Assembly: GCA_038227875.1 (NCBI GenBank)
Contig: JBBRPR010000075.1
Location: forward strand, 1-39,187
Direction of reading: 5' to 3'
Source: Planctomycetota bacterium
GTDB lineage: Bacteria > Planctomycetota > SZUA-567 > H5-PLA8
Length of the DNA stretch: 39,187 nt
Below the pieces are notes generated by a model that saw only the letters and a program-made list of their open reading frames with translations, did not search any database and was not told the origin of the DNA. The translations under genes were made by a program, and so were the position numbers. This document shows, one piece after another, positions 19,901 to 28,499 of the stretch. The stretch's first letter is position 1. Each line of letters opens with the position of its first letter.

Positions 19901-20822
19901 GTTTGAGAATCGCTTCACGCGCGGTCTTGGTGAAACGGTTCCAGCCCAGCGGCGTGTACATCACCATTGCGCCGAACTTTTCCGGTCCCTGCATCGAACT
20001 GTCGAGATACTTCTGCATCAGCGCGTAGTCGATGCTGTGCCCGCGTTCGCCATAAAAATCGCCAAAGCCCCACGTGTTCGCGCCCCATTCGCGGTCCCAA
20101 GTCAGCTCGCTGACGGTCAGGTCCATGCGCTGCATCAGTTCGACGACTTCACGGCCGTAGCGAACGCTGGTGAGCATGAAAGTCGAGACCGGTCCGCCGG
20201 CGAGGTTTCGGCCCATCGGAAAATGCGGCGTGACGAATTCCAGCGACGGCGTCAGGTCCTTGCGTTCGGCATAGGGGATGAATGGAACTTTTTCGGAGAG
20301 CGTTGGCCCGAGTTGGAAGTCGTCAAAGTGGATCGTCAATCCGGCCGGGGGATTGGCCATGAAAATGATCAGCGCGCGAATTTTTGCCAGGTTAACTACC
20401 TTGCCGATGTTCTTCAGCGGAATCTGGACCAGGGTGCGGCCCTTCGCAATTTTGGCATCGCCATTGAAGCGCGAGTTGTAGTTGAAGCTCTTCTCGTCAT
20501 CGACGCGAATACCCAGGCCGGCATCGTTTGGCGACCAGACCACAAACGAAAGCACTTCGTACTTCGACCAGTCCTTGGGAATCGCGCCGGGCGCGCTGAA
20601 GGTGAAACCGGGGTACTCGCCTTGCTTGACCACGAACTTCATGACGTTGTTGGTTTCCGTCACCGTTCGCGGACCGACAGAAAGTTCCACGTTGGTGGCG
20701 TCGTGCTCGAACTTCTTGAGATCGCCCGCGTCATCGAAATTGGCAATAGTAAACAAGGGAACATCCGCTGCTGAGACCATTCCAAAGGCCAACACCACAG
20801 CCATCGCCAATGCGAATTTCAA
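16911..20822 (-). CDS. Large secreted multidomain glycoside-hydrolase-like protein (CBM-like N-terminus, GAT-like domain, GH42-like barrel, trimerisation-like domain)
   Basis: Signal peptide; DWSKYEVLSF...IHFDDFQL CBM-like segment; HPITAGIP...GKGRVV GAT-like segment; MSDET...FREKLK...MNAALGT...WRSF GH42-like segment; SPVAVLWS trimerisation-like segment; TTG start after GGAGG. Confidence 0.7.
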   Translation of the reverse strand: MKFALAMAVVLAFGMVSAADVPLFTIANFDDAGDLKKFEHDATNVELSVGPRTVTETNNVMKFVVKQGEYPGFTFSAPGAIPKDWSKYEVLSFVVWSPNDAGLGIRVDDEKSFNYNSRFNGDAKIAKGRTLVQIPLKNIGKVVNLAKIRALIIFMANPPAGLTIHFDDFQLGPTLSEKVPFIPYAERKDLTPSLEFVTPHFPMGRNLAGGPVSTFMLTSVRYGREVVELMQRMDLTVSELTWDREWGANTWGFGDFYGERGHSIDYALMQKYLDSSMQGPEKFGAMVMYTPLGWNRFTKTAREAILKRVKENGEGLVMVMPFPGDKDQPWPEDLKEVCALVDSSTDWIRDGCDIRYANEGRIEGKAWVKAKDHPITAGIPLESLPFKGMEVQKYAVAPGAEVLLALESGETVLAVKQVGKGRVVTFANRAVSLTPIINTPEDRANKIPYRFWETWYNLENRAIAWAAGRDFKREGAATPLKVEGANADSYFAVQQWKDGTGKVTDWELSFTPPKVEPKKVALTVPEFVEAGAPIKVTFTPPAGMEGAEWSVVLGEVADNQWRTLETVPATVKDASAVTVELPTARVRQYMACINVEAKKDGQRVALGLGETVVTPENKWDDYQIHTWLESGLPFLQDYEQTRMRDFGLTCNTVSPWDYTTCKRLFRGGMRVHGCGLTQGLHPQDINGAQKKYNDTKDKKFLVRNPSYSDEPFVAKEREQVQKYAEGLKKFAPLSMIMSDETALTSYTMEFDYDFHPANIARFREKLKAQFETPDAMNAALGTAVKSFEEVQPPTAAEAAVAKNFGLFNSWRSFNDDMWTGAFKMYGEAMKQKDPATRLSVSGTQESAIFNGIDWAKLSATFGAVSGYGGRFQELQRYCFHPGGLRVTPWGGYGRSGRSVDQQVWSSLTTGGSGMGLFWWYSIRNSDHTFCKSGKDYQRVFNEVKAGIGKQYMTTRRSFSPVAVLWSINSQRAAWSEGKFEDFKKVEAEVVNALHEAEFDPYFITEEMIAAGELEKRGTKAVFLPMTWSLGTGAKKGGIAAVPALEKLIAGGGLVVATDAVKCDEFLQPVKLPDSFTSKVVKFADVKSDLVGAIGKAGPKPWVRIAGDGGTRVKGVTAAVHAIPGVADASVVTLVRDPVGFKDVVGADGVIHSVADAQGGKEIEALTVDVSALGKLKFYDIRKQVPLAATDGKISLQMQAGDGYPIAALPYTVDGVTVTVENKDRMLTVSWQLTGSSKAFATHVARVEVIDAATGKADRNLSANVNTGPDGKGTYAFPLSVEDASRKLSVRVRDVLSGKKGEAQ

Positions 20823-20940
20823 AATTCTTCCTCCGTCCGTGTTGAAAGCTCAGGATTCCGGCGGACAAAACAGCGTTGTACATCTGTCCTACACCGCAAT
20901 TTGACGTGTGGTAGTTCTTATTGGTAAATTTTGAGGGCGA

Positions 20941-22521
20941 TCAACCGATCAAATGCCGCTGCGTCCACGCCAGCACTTCCTGCAGTTCATCCAGCCGCAT
21001 CAGCGTGCGCGATTTGCCGAACTTGCTCAAGATCTTGCTGTTCGCTTTGCCGAACGGTATGCGCTTGGCGCGGGCGTATTCGCGGACGTGATTTTCGATC
21101 GCTTCGCGCAGCCATTCTTCTTTCTGGCTCGGTGTCACGATCACTTCCACCGGCTGCAGCTTCGATGGCTTGACGCTCATCCGCATTGTTCGCCGACCCG
21201 ACGCGCCTGAACCGACGGCGATCAATTCGCCAAATAGATTACGCTGTCCCCCGCCCTGCCCGCCTTCTCCAAAGCGCTGCTTGTTTTTGCAGTGGATCGC
21301 TTCTTCGCGGCGAATGGCGTCGGTGATTTTGTGCATCATCACGTCGTCGGGTGCGAAGACGTGCGCTTCCTGTGCGTCCCACGGACCGGCGTCGGGATCG
21401 TAGCGCGTGGCGCGCGCGAGCATCTGCTCGATCCACGGCTTGCTGCGGATGCGTGTCAAGCAGGCGATGTGCGTGACGGGCTTCACGTCCAATCCTTCAT
21501 ACGCCATGCCGACAGTCACCAGCACGTCGGTCTTGTCGCCATTGATGCGCTTGAAGCGGTGGATCGCCTTGAGCGCGCCGGCGCCCTCGTCGATCGTCGC
21601 CAAGCCCGGCAAAATACCGTACTTCGAATGCAAATGGTCGGCGTATTTCTTGGAGAGCTTCTGCGAGGCGGCGACGACCAGCAGTTTACTGCGCGGGTTG
21701 GATTTCTTGCCCTGGCGCCAATCGACGATCGTGTTGTCGAGCAGTTCCAGCGCGTACTCGGTCTGCAGACCGGTGAAGAGCGCCTTCTTGATGCCGTCCT
21801 TCGTCTTCGTGGAATGAAAACTTTCGACCGACGTGCGCTTGCCGTTGATTTCCCACTCGGCTTTGACGTCCAAGTACGTGAAGCGCAGCGGAATGATCGA
21901 TCGCTCGGCCAGTGCGTCGGATCGGGTGTAGTTGATGATCTTGACGCGTTCGGTGTCGCGCAGGCTTAAGACCGATTTGTCGCCGGCCGTCGCGTACGGC
22001 AGAAACGCGATGCGTTCCGCGCGGCCGCGTTCCAGCGTGCCGCTCATGAAGAGCGTCAGCACCGCATTTTGGATCAGCGGCTCCACGGCGGCCATCGCCG
22101 ACGAGTCTTCGGCGATGTGATGGGGCTCGTCGAGCACCAGGATGTACTTTGTGCGCGCAAATTCGACGGCGTTCTTTTTCTTCTCGTCGGTGGAGAGCGC
22201 CGCGTACGTCGTCACGTATCCGGCCAGCCCGCGCGACGGATCGACTTCATTCGTGGCGATGCGGATGGAATGCTTGTGCTTGAGGTGATTGCGGAACATC
22301 GGGTCGAGAAACGCTTCTTCCGCCTGCTGCTGCAAGGCGACACGCGGGACGACCCAGCAGATCTTCGCAGCGAGTTTCGGGATCAGCTCGGCCGCCAGAA
22401 TCAGTGGCAGCGCGCTTTTCCCGCCACCAGGCGTGACTTGAGCGATGATCTGACGCCACGTCGCACCCATCTTGATCTGGCGCGCCACCTGGAGCATCTC
22501 TTTTTGGTGTGAACGAAGCAT
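20941..22521 (-). CDS. Superfamily 2 DExH helicase/ATPase (ResIII-like, resembling the Rv2917-like group)
   Basis: Q-motif LRSHQ, Walker A TPGGGKS, Ia VVPRVALQQQ, TTY, Walker B DEPHH, motif III SGT, V EGLDV, VI QMLARATR; small helical C-terminal domain. Confidence 0.88.
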   Translation of the reverse strand: MLRSHQKEMLQVARQIKMGATWRQIIAQVTPGGGKSALPLILAAELIPKLAAKICWVVPRVALQQQAEEAFLDPMFRNHLKHKHSIRIATNEVDPSRGLAGYVTTYAALSTDEKKKNAVEFARTKYILVLDEPHHIAEDSSAMAAVEPLIQNAVLTLFMSGTLERGRAERIAFLPYATAGDKSVLSLRDTERVKIINYTRSDALAERSIIPLRFTYLDVKAEWEINGKRTSVESFHSTKTKDGIKKALFTGLQTEYALELLDNTIVDWRQGKKSNPRSKLLVVAASQKLSKKYADHLHSKYGILPGLATIDEGAGALKAIHRFKRINGDKTDVLVTVGMAYEGLDVKPVTHIACLTRIRSKPWIEQMLARATRYDPDAGPWDAQEAHVFAPDDVMMHKITDAIRREEAIHCKNKQRFGEGGQGGGQRNLFGELIAVGSGASGRRTMRMSVKPSKLQPVEVIVTPSQKEEWLREAIENHVREYARAKRIPFGKANSKILSKFGKSRTLMRLDELQEVLAWTQRHLIG

Positions 22522-22749
22522 TCAACTCGATTTAAATTTGGTTGTGATTCGGGTCCGCAGCTCGGGCGCGTTTATCGCGTGTTTTGCGAACCTGTCAACA
22601 GGTTTGTGCGTGTGCCAATGGCACAAGGCACTTTCTTGTCATACATCTTACAAACGCCATCGCCGATTGTAATCGCGGACGTGCATTTCGACGTGTAATG
22701 TTAGGACAACAAGGAACGAAAGAGAATCATCGGACCACCGGGCTAGACC

Positions 22750-22767
22750 TCAGGCCAATTGGCCTGA
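22750..22767. promoter_or_regulatory. Perfect 18-bp palindrome TCAGGCCAATTGGCCTGA, candidate operator
   Basis: Read directly; shares the core GGCCAATTGGCC with the neighbouring palindrome. Function is inferred. Confidence 0.55.
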
Positions 22768-22781
22768 AGGTGACCGATTTT

Positions 22782-22809
22782 GACCACATGGCCAATTGGC
22801 CATGTGGTC
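22782..22809. promoter_or_regulatory. Perfect 28-bp palindrome GACCACATGGCCAATTGGCCATGTGGTC, candidate operator
   Basis: Read directly; lies in the divergent intergenic region between the helicase and the PknG-like operon. Function is inferred. Confidence 0.6.
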
Positions 22810-23127
22810 CCACTTATGGAGGGAAGCGCACTACATGACGTTGGCTCACTGCCATCTTAACAACTTCTTAATACCGCAGGCCCCTTTCCTAACGGCGGCC
22901 TGAGCCCCGAGTGGGGTATGGTTATTCCAACATCCGGAGATCCTTCATGCTCCTAACCACATCTACGCGTCAACAGGCCTACCCCGACTATATCCCCGGC
23001 GGACACGGATAGCCGGCGCGCCGTCCACGCTCAATCCAACTCAATCTTGCTGTCCGCAAATCCGCACGCCCTTGCGCTCGGATGCAGCGCGCTCACGCAC
23101 GCGCTCACGGAATGGGAGGGGAAACCC

Positions 23128-24360
23128 ATGCGCCTCAAAGAACTCGACACGCAACTGGACGCACTCCAGTCGCAGCTTCAGTGCGCAACGGACAACATCA
23201 TCGAACTCAGCGAGCTGACGCTGTGCAAGCAGCTTCGTGACGAGCTGGCGAGTACGCCGTCGAAATTGGCCGGCCTGACGCGCGATTGCGTCTGCGCGGC
23301 GCTGACGGAGATCGACGAAACGCTGCAGTACATTCTGTTGATCAAGCCGACACTGGAACGCGCGCTCGCGGTGCGCCAAACACTGTGGATGACGCAGGAG
23401 ACCAAGACGCATGAGCTGGAACAACTGCTCACCGGACCATCGGTGCAACTGCCGCCGGTCGAAACGCCGCTGCTTGGACGCACTCTGACCGGACCCGCAG
23501 AGTTGCCGCAATTCGCAAGCATCGGCGAACTGCAGTCGCGCATGACGAAGAATTTCGACTCCGCCAAGCGCACGATCCAGGCACTGCACGCCGCGCGCGA
23601 ACACAACTCACGGCGATTAACGCGGGTAGAGGAAGAGCTCCACGCACTCGAGGCGCAGGCGCGTGACATTTGCCCCGGCGACATGGCCTGGGCGAAAGAG
23701 CTGCGCGAAACCTGCGTGGCGTTGAGTGGCTGGCTCGACGCGGATCCGCTGCATGTCAGCGAAACGTTGAACCGCAAGGTCGATCCAGCTCTGGCCCATG
23801 CCCGCCGGCACGTGCGGGAATTAAGCGACGAGCGCGAGGCGGTCTCACGCAACCTGGTTCGTGCCGCCGAACTCGTAAAGGATTTGAAAGCACTGCAAGC
23901 CCGCGCAGCAGCGTTACACGCAGAAAGCGCTGCGAAGATTCAGAACTGCGCGACGCTGCGGGCGCCGCTGAGCGCTGCACGAATCGCTGAATTGCGCACC
24001 TGGCTGGACACACTTCAGCAGCGCATGCCCGGCGAATGGCAACCCGTGCGCGCTGCGCTGCGAAAATGGACGGTGGAGATCGAACGCGCGCTGGCTTTGG
24101 AGCGCGTCGCCATTGCCGCCAACGCGCGGCCGCTGGAATTGTACGCCGAACTGCGCGAGCGCTTCGGCGCTCTACGCGAACGCGCACGCAGCGCGGCACA
24201 GAACGACAACGTGCGCCAACTGGGCGGCGCTGCGGAAAAGATTTTGCGCGCCCGGCCCGTGCAACTGGAACTCGGCGCAAAACTCGTCCACGCCTATGCG
24301 TTGGCGATCAATGGTGCGAGCCCCGGCCGCACAAACCGAGTCGCGAAGCAAAAGAGGTGA
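23128..24360 (+). CDS. Alpha-helical/coiled-coil protein of PknG-type operons
   Basis: Heptad-rich Ala/Leu/Glu/Arg sequence; GGGAGGGG RBS before ATG 23128; 3 nt from the kinase start. The LAGLT...LEQLLTGPSVQL pattern recalls the uncharacterised gene upstream of Streptomyces-type pknG homologues (from memory). Confidence 0.75.
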   Translation: MRLKELDTQLDALQSQLQCATDNIIELSELTLCKQLRDELASTPSKLAGLTRDCVCAALTEIDETLQYILLIKPTLERALAVRQTLWMTQETKTHELEQLLTGPSVQLPPVETPLLGRTLTGPAELPQFASIGELQSRMTKNFDSAKRTIQALHAAREHNSRRLTRVEEELHALEAQARDICPGDMAWAKELRETCVALSGWLDADPLHVSETLNRKVDPALAHARRHVRELSDEREAVSRNLVRAAELVKDLKALQARAAALHAESAAKIQNCATLRAPLSAARIAELRTWLDTLQQRMPGEWQPVRAALRKWTVEIERALALERVAIAANARPLELYAELRERFGALRERARSAAQNDNVRQLGGAAEKILRARPVQLELGAKLVHAYALAINGASPGRTNRVAKQKR

Positions 24361-24363
24361 CCT

Positions 24364-26532
24364 ATGAGCTACTGCAAACGCCCTAACTGCGCCGGCACCA
24401 TCGAAGATGGCTATTGCGTCGACTGCGGACTCGCTCCGATCGGCGCGGCATCCAATCTCGTAGCGGTCGCGCACATTCCGCCGCAGTCAGCAACAGTGCC
24501 GACGGCCTCCAGTTCGGCCCCGATCTCCCGGTCCGCGTCGGTGGGCACCACGTCACGCAGTCATGGGACGCGCGGCTCGTCGGCGCGGGCGCTGGGCGCG
24601 GGATTCGTCAGCCTGCCGCCGCTGCCGATGGTGGATCCGACACTCTCGATCCTGGCCAATCCCGTCGTGCCGGAGCACCGCCGCTTCTGCGGCAGTTGCC
24701 AGAAGAAGGTGACGCGTGAATCGGGCTTCTGCCCGCACTGCGGCAAGTCGTACGCGTTCGAACCGACACTGAAAGCCGGCGACGTCGTCGGCGGCCAGTA
24801 CGAAGTCCGCGGTCCGATTGCATTCGGCGGACTGGGTTGGATCTACCTCGCGCAGGACACGCGCCTGACGCAGCGCTGGGTCGTGCTGAAAGGACTGCTC
24901 AATTCCAAAGATGAAAACGCGGCGCAGTCGGCGCTCCAGGAACGCGAGTTCCTGTCGGCGGTCAAGCACCCGAACATCGTCAGCGTTTACAACTTCGTCA
25001 ATCACGGCGCCGACGGATTCATCGTCATGGAATACGTCGGCGGAAAAACGCTCAACGACCTGCGCAAGGAGCGCGGGCCGCTCTCCCCGGAAGCGGCGAT
25101 TGCGTACATTCATCGTCTGCTCGGAGCGTTCGCGTACCTGCATGAACGCGGCCTGGTCTACTGCGACTTCAAGCCCGCCAACGCGATGCTTGAAGACGAC
25201 GTCAAGCTGATCGACCTGGGCGGCGTGCGAAAACTTTCCGAACTGAAAGGAGAAATCTATGGCACCAAAGGATTCTTCGCGCCGGAGATCGGTGACGGCG
25301 ACGGCCCGTCTGTAGTCTCCGATTTGTATACGGTCGGGCGTTCGCTGGCGGTGCTTCTGCTGAATTTCGATTTCCAGAAAGAGCACCTCTACACACTGCC
25401 CTCTGCGCAGGAAGAGCCGCTATTTCAAAAACACGATTCGCTCCACCGTTTTCTGAATCGTGCGCTGCATAAAAAAGCGAACCGGCGGTTTCAGTACGCG
25501 GAGGAAATGAGCGAACAGTTGCTGGGCGTGCTGCGCGACGTGGTGAGTCTCAAAGCCACGCCGCGGCTGGTGGAAAGCGAGATCTTCGGACCCGATCCGC
25601 TCGATCCACACTGCGACGTTGAGGTAATCCGCACTTCGCAGCTCGTGGACGTTCCGGCGCTCAAGTTGGATGCCGACGATTCGGCTTCGAACGCGATCCT
25701 GTCGTGCGGACTCACCGATCAGAACAAGCGCGTGGCCTTTCTGGAACGTGTTGCGGCGCAGTTTTCCGAGTCGCTCGAGGCCCGCTTGCGCCTGGCGGAG
25801 GCCTACTTCCTCTCTGGGAAATTCGACCTGGCGGAGTTGCAACTGAAACAGGTGATCGGCAGCGGCAATCACGATTGGCGCGTGTACTGGTACCGCGGCC
25901 AGAGTTTGATGCGGCAGAGCCAGCATGCGGAGGCCTTCAAGGAGTTCGAGAGGGTCTACAACCAACTGCCCGGCGAACTGGCGGCGAAGCTGGCTTTCGC
26001 GATCTCCGCCGAGCGCGCCAACGCTGCTCAACACGCGTGCCTGGCGTATGACGCAGTCAGCCGTTGCGATGCCAGTTTCGTGACGGCGAGTTTCGGCCTG
26101 GCGCGCTGCTGCCTGTTAAGCGGCGATCGCCGCGGGGCGCTTGCGGCATACGAGCGTGTGCCGCCGACGTCGAGCTTCGTGCAGATGGCGAAGATCGCGG
26201 CGGTTCATGTGCTGCTTGACGACACCGTGTCTCTGGGCGGCGAAGCAGAATTACTCAAGGCAGAGGAGATCCTGTTCGACTTGCAGCTGGACGGATTCAA
26301 GCTGCACGATCTGCGGGCGCGGCTGCTGCTCCAGGCCATTTCGCGGCTGGAGCAGAAAACGCTCAAGCCCAACTCGAATGTTCAGCTCTTAAACGAACCG
26401 CTGGTACTCGACCGGCTGCGCTTTGCGGTCGAGAAGGAACTCCGTCTGTGTGCGCATTTCGCCGCGACGCGCGAATTGAAGATCCTCTTCATCGACCGCG
26501 CCAACGAACAGCGCCCACGGACTCTGGTGTAA
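24364..26532 (+). CDS. pknG: PknG-like Ser/Thr protein kinase (N-terminal Cys cluster, rubredoxin-like domain, kinase, TPR)
   Basis: NPVVPEHRRFCGSC...GFCPHCG rubredoxin; GQYEVRGPIAFGGLGWIYLAQD, WVVLKGLLN, EREFL, non-RD YCDFKPAN, KLIDLG, IYGTKGFFAPE; TPR region DWRVYWYRG, LPGELAAKLAFA, ASFGLAR; terminal DRANEQRPRTLV. Confidence 0.92.
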   Translation: MSYCKRPNCAGTIEDGYCVDCGLAPIGAASNLVAVAHIPPQSATVPTASSSAPISRSASVGTTSRSHGTRGSSARALGAGFVSLPPLPMVDPTLSILANPVVPEHRRFCGSCQKKVTRESGFCPHCGKSYAFEPTLKAGDVVGGQYEVRGPIAFGGLGWIYLAQDTRLTQRWVVLKGLLNSKDENAAQSALQEREFLSAVKHPNIVSVYNFVNHGADGFIVMEYVGGKTLNDLRKERGPLSPEAAIAYIHRLLGAFAYLHERGLVYCDFKPANAMLEDDVKLIDLGGVRKLSELKGEIYGTKGFFAPEIGDGDGPSVVSDLYTVGRSLAVLLLNFDFQKEHLYTLPSAQEEPLFQKHDSLHRFLNRALHKKANRRFQYAEEMSEQLLGVLRDVVSLKATPRLVESEIFGPDPLDPHCDVEVIRTSQLVDVPALKLDADDSASNAILSCGLTDQNKRVAFLERVAAQFSESLEARLRLAEAYFLSGKFDLAELQLKQVIGSGNHDWRVYWYRGQSLMRQSQHAEAFKEFERVYNQLPGELAAKLAFAISAERANAAQHACLAYDAVSRCDASFVTASFGLARCCLLSGDRRGALAAYERVPPTSSFVQMAKIAAVHVLLDDTVSLGGEAELLKAEEILFDLQLDGFKLHDLRARLLLQAISRLEQKTLKPNSNVQLLNEPLVLDRLRFAVEKELRLCAHFAATRELKILFIDRANEQRPRTLV

Positions 26533-26562
26533 CGACACGCTGGTAACGAAGGGAGGCTCATC

Positions 26563-27831
26563 ATGTTTCATCTGGAAGTCTTTCAAAATCCGTATGTCAG
26601 CAGCGACACCTCAAAGGCCGGCCTGACCCGCGTCGACGCGGTCCTGACCGTCTCCGCCGCAATTGACGCGGTGGAAAGCAGTGGCGATGCGGTCGAAGGC
26701 ATCCTGCTCGACGTCTCCGGCTCGATGGAAGGTGAGTGCATCAACGCCGCCCGGCATGCGGCGCGCAAGGCGATTCACTTACTTGATTCGTCGGCGTGGT
26801 TCTTCGTGATTGCGTTCTCGAGTCAGTCGCGGTGCATCGTCGAAACGATGCAGGCGACCAACGCCAATAAGGCCAAGGCCGACTTCGCCATCCAGCAGTT
26901 GGAGGCCGACGGCGGCACTGTCTTCTCTAAAGCGCTGGACATGGCGCGCGAACAGTTCGCCAGCCGTCCAGGATGCCGCGGTCACGTGCTCTTTCTCACC
27001 GATGGCAAGAACAACATCGAGGACAACGAGGACCTGCGCGAAGAATTGGAGATCTGCAAGGATCTCTTCCAGGCCGACTGCCGCGGTGTCGGGACGAACT
27101 GGGAACCATTCCAGTTGCGCACGATTGCCGAAAAGCTGCTCGGCACCGCGCAGATCATTCCGGAACCGTCGCAGATGGACGCCGACTTCCGCGAAGCGAT
27201 CCAACGAGCCCAGGGAAAAACCGTGGGCAACGTGCGGCTGCGGTTGTCAATGCCGCGGTCGGGGCGCGTGCAGTTCGTGACGTTGAAGCAGATGACGCCG
27301 GCGATTTTGAATCTCACCGGGCGCCAGACGTTCCCCGACGCGTACACGTGCGATTTTGTCACCGGCGCCTGGGCCAAGGGCGACTCGCACGATTTTCATG
27401 TCGAGTTCGATGTGCCGACAGGCACGGTCGGCGACGAGATGCTTGTCTGCCGGCCGAGCGTGGTCTTCGGTCCGGCGGACACGACCGTGAAAGGTCCGCC
27501 CATCATCGCCCATTGGACGGCCGACGCCGACGCGCGTTCCGCGACGATTAATCCACAAGTCGCGCACTACACCAGCCAGGTGCGTCTGTCAGCGGACATC
27601 CGCGAAGGCCTGGCCGCTCGTGCCCGCGGCGATATCGACGCGGCGACGGAACTGCTTACGCGCGCCGCGAAAATCGCGGCCGCCACGGGAAACACGCAGG
27701 TCACGGAGAAGCTACGCGATGTCGTCGATCAGAACGATGACGGCACCGTGAAGCTCAAGACCTCCGTTGATAAGGCGAAGTTGATGGACCTGGACCTGCG
27801 GTCCTCGATTACCTCGCGCGCCGTGAAGTAG
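26563..27831 (+). CDS. von Willebrand factor A (vWA) domain protein with intact MIDAS
   Basis: LLDVSGSM (DxSxS), GGT, FLTDG, DCRGVGTNW; C-terminal helical extension; GGAGG RBS. Confidence 0.92.
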   Translation: MFHLEVFQNPYVSSDTSKAGLTRVDAVLTVSAAIDAVESSGDAVEGILLDVSGSMEGECINAARHAARKAIHLLDSSAWFFVIAFSSQSRCIVETMQATNANKAKADFAIQQLEADGGTVFSKALDMAREQFASRPGCRGHVLFLTDGKNNIEDNEDLREELEICKDLFQADCRGVGTNWEPFQLRTIAEKLLGTAQIIPEPSQMDADFREAIQRAQGKTVGNVRLRLSMPRSGRVQFVTLKQMTPAILNLTGRQTFPDAYTCDFVTGAWAKGDSHDFHVEFDVPTGTVGDEMLVCRPSVVFGPADTTVKGPPIIAHWTADADARSATINPQVAHYTSQVRLSADIREGLAARARGDIDAATELLTRAAKIAAATGNTQVTEKLRDVVDQNDDGTVKLKTSVDKAKLMDLDLRSSITSRAVK

Positions 27832-27870
27832 CTGGGCGATAGCCGGTGCCGCGAGGTCAGGAGGTGAATC

Positions 27871-28488
27871 ATGTATACGTGTCTGAAAGGCTGCGCGTCG
27901 ACCGAGACGGATTACTGCTCGGTCTGCGGCATGAAAATGACGCCCGCTCTGCCGCCGCCGAAAGCTCCACCCGTGGCGGCGGCACCGGCGGCGGAACTCT
28001 GTCCCGACTGCGGCGCGTCGCGCGTCGAACAGGCGAAGTTCTGCGAGCTATGCCGTTTCAACTTTGTGACGCGGGAATCGTCGTCTCCATCGATTTCGGG
28101 GCTGCTCGGCAAATCCGCGAGCGGGCCCGCGACGGCGACGGTCACCGCAATTTGGGAGGCGGAAGTGCGCCATGAAACGCCGGATGCGCCGAGTTCCGTA
28201 AGCACCACGTTTCCGCTGGACCTTGCCGACTTGCTGATCGGGCGGCGCAGCGACACGCGCGACATCCATCCGGAGATTCCGATCGAAGGCGATGCGGCTG
28301 TCTCGCACCGCCACGCCAAGCTGCTGCGCCAGGCCGATGGTGGATTCATGGTCATGGATCTCGGTTCCAGCAACGGCACGAAACAGAATGAGACCGAGCT
28401 GAAAGCCGGCGTGCGTTCGCCGCTCAAACACGGCGATGAACTACGCGTCGGCCGGCACACGGTCATCAAAATTGTCGTTCGAACGTAA
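27871..28488 (+). CDS. Double zinc-ribbon plus FHA domain protein
   Basis: C..GC...YCSVCG and CPDCG...FCELC; FHA residues IGRR, VSHRHA, DLGSSNGT, LKHGDELRVG; AGGAGGT RBS. Confidence 0.92.
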   Translation: MYTCLKGCASTETDYCSVCGMKMTPALPPPKAPPVAAAPAAELCPDCGASRVEQAKFCELCRFNFVTRESSSPSISGLLGKSASGPATATVTAIWEAEVRHETPDAPSSVSTTFPLDLADLLIGRRSDTRDIHPEIPIEGDAAVSHRHAKLLRQADGGFMVMDLGSSNGTKQNETELKAGVRSPLKHGDELRVGRHTVIKIVVRT

Positions 28489-28499
28489 GGAGTAAATTT

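Noticed and set aside
20941..22521. Type I/III restriction subunit or Cas3
   Set aside because: No methyltransferase, specificity subunit, HD or recognisable PD-(D/E)xK nuclease domain.
22611..22640. Sigma-54 promoter at TGGCAC
   Set aside because: No TTGC at the -12 position on either strand.
22750..22809. CRISPR mini-array
   Set aside because: Only two 12-bp cores, no repeat-spacer periodicity, and no cas genes.
24364..27831. Canonical TerY-P triad
   Set aside because: No PP2C phosphatase gene, and the kinase is clearly PknG-type.
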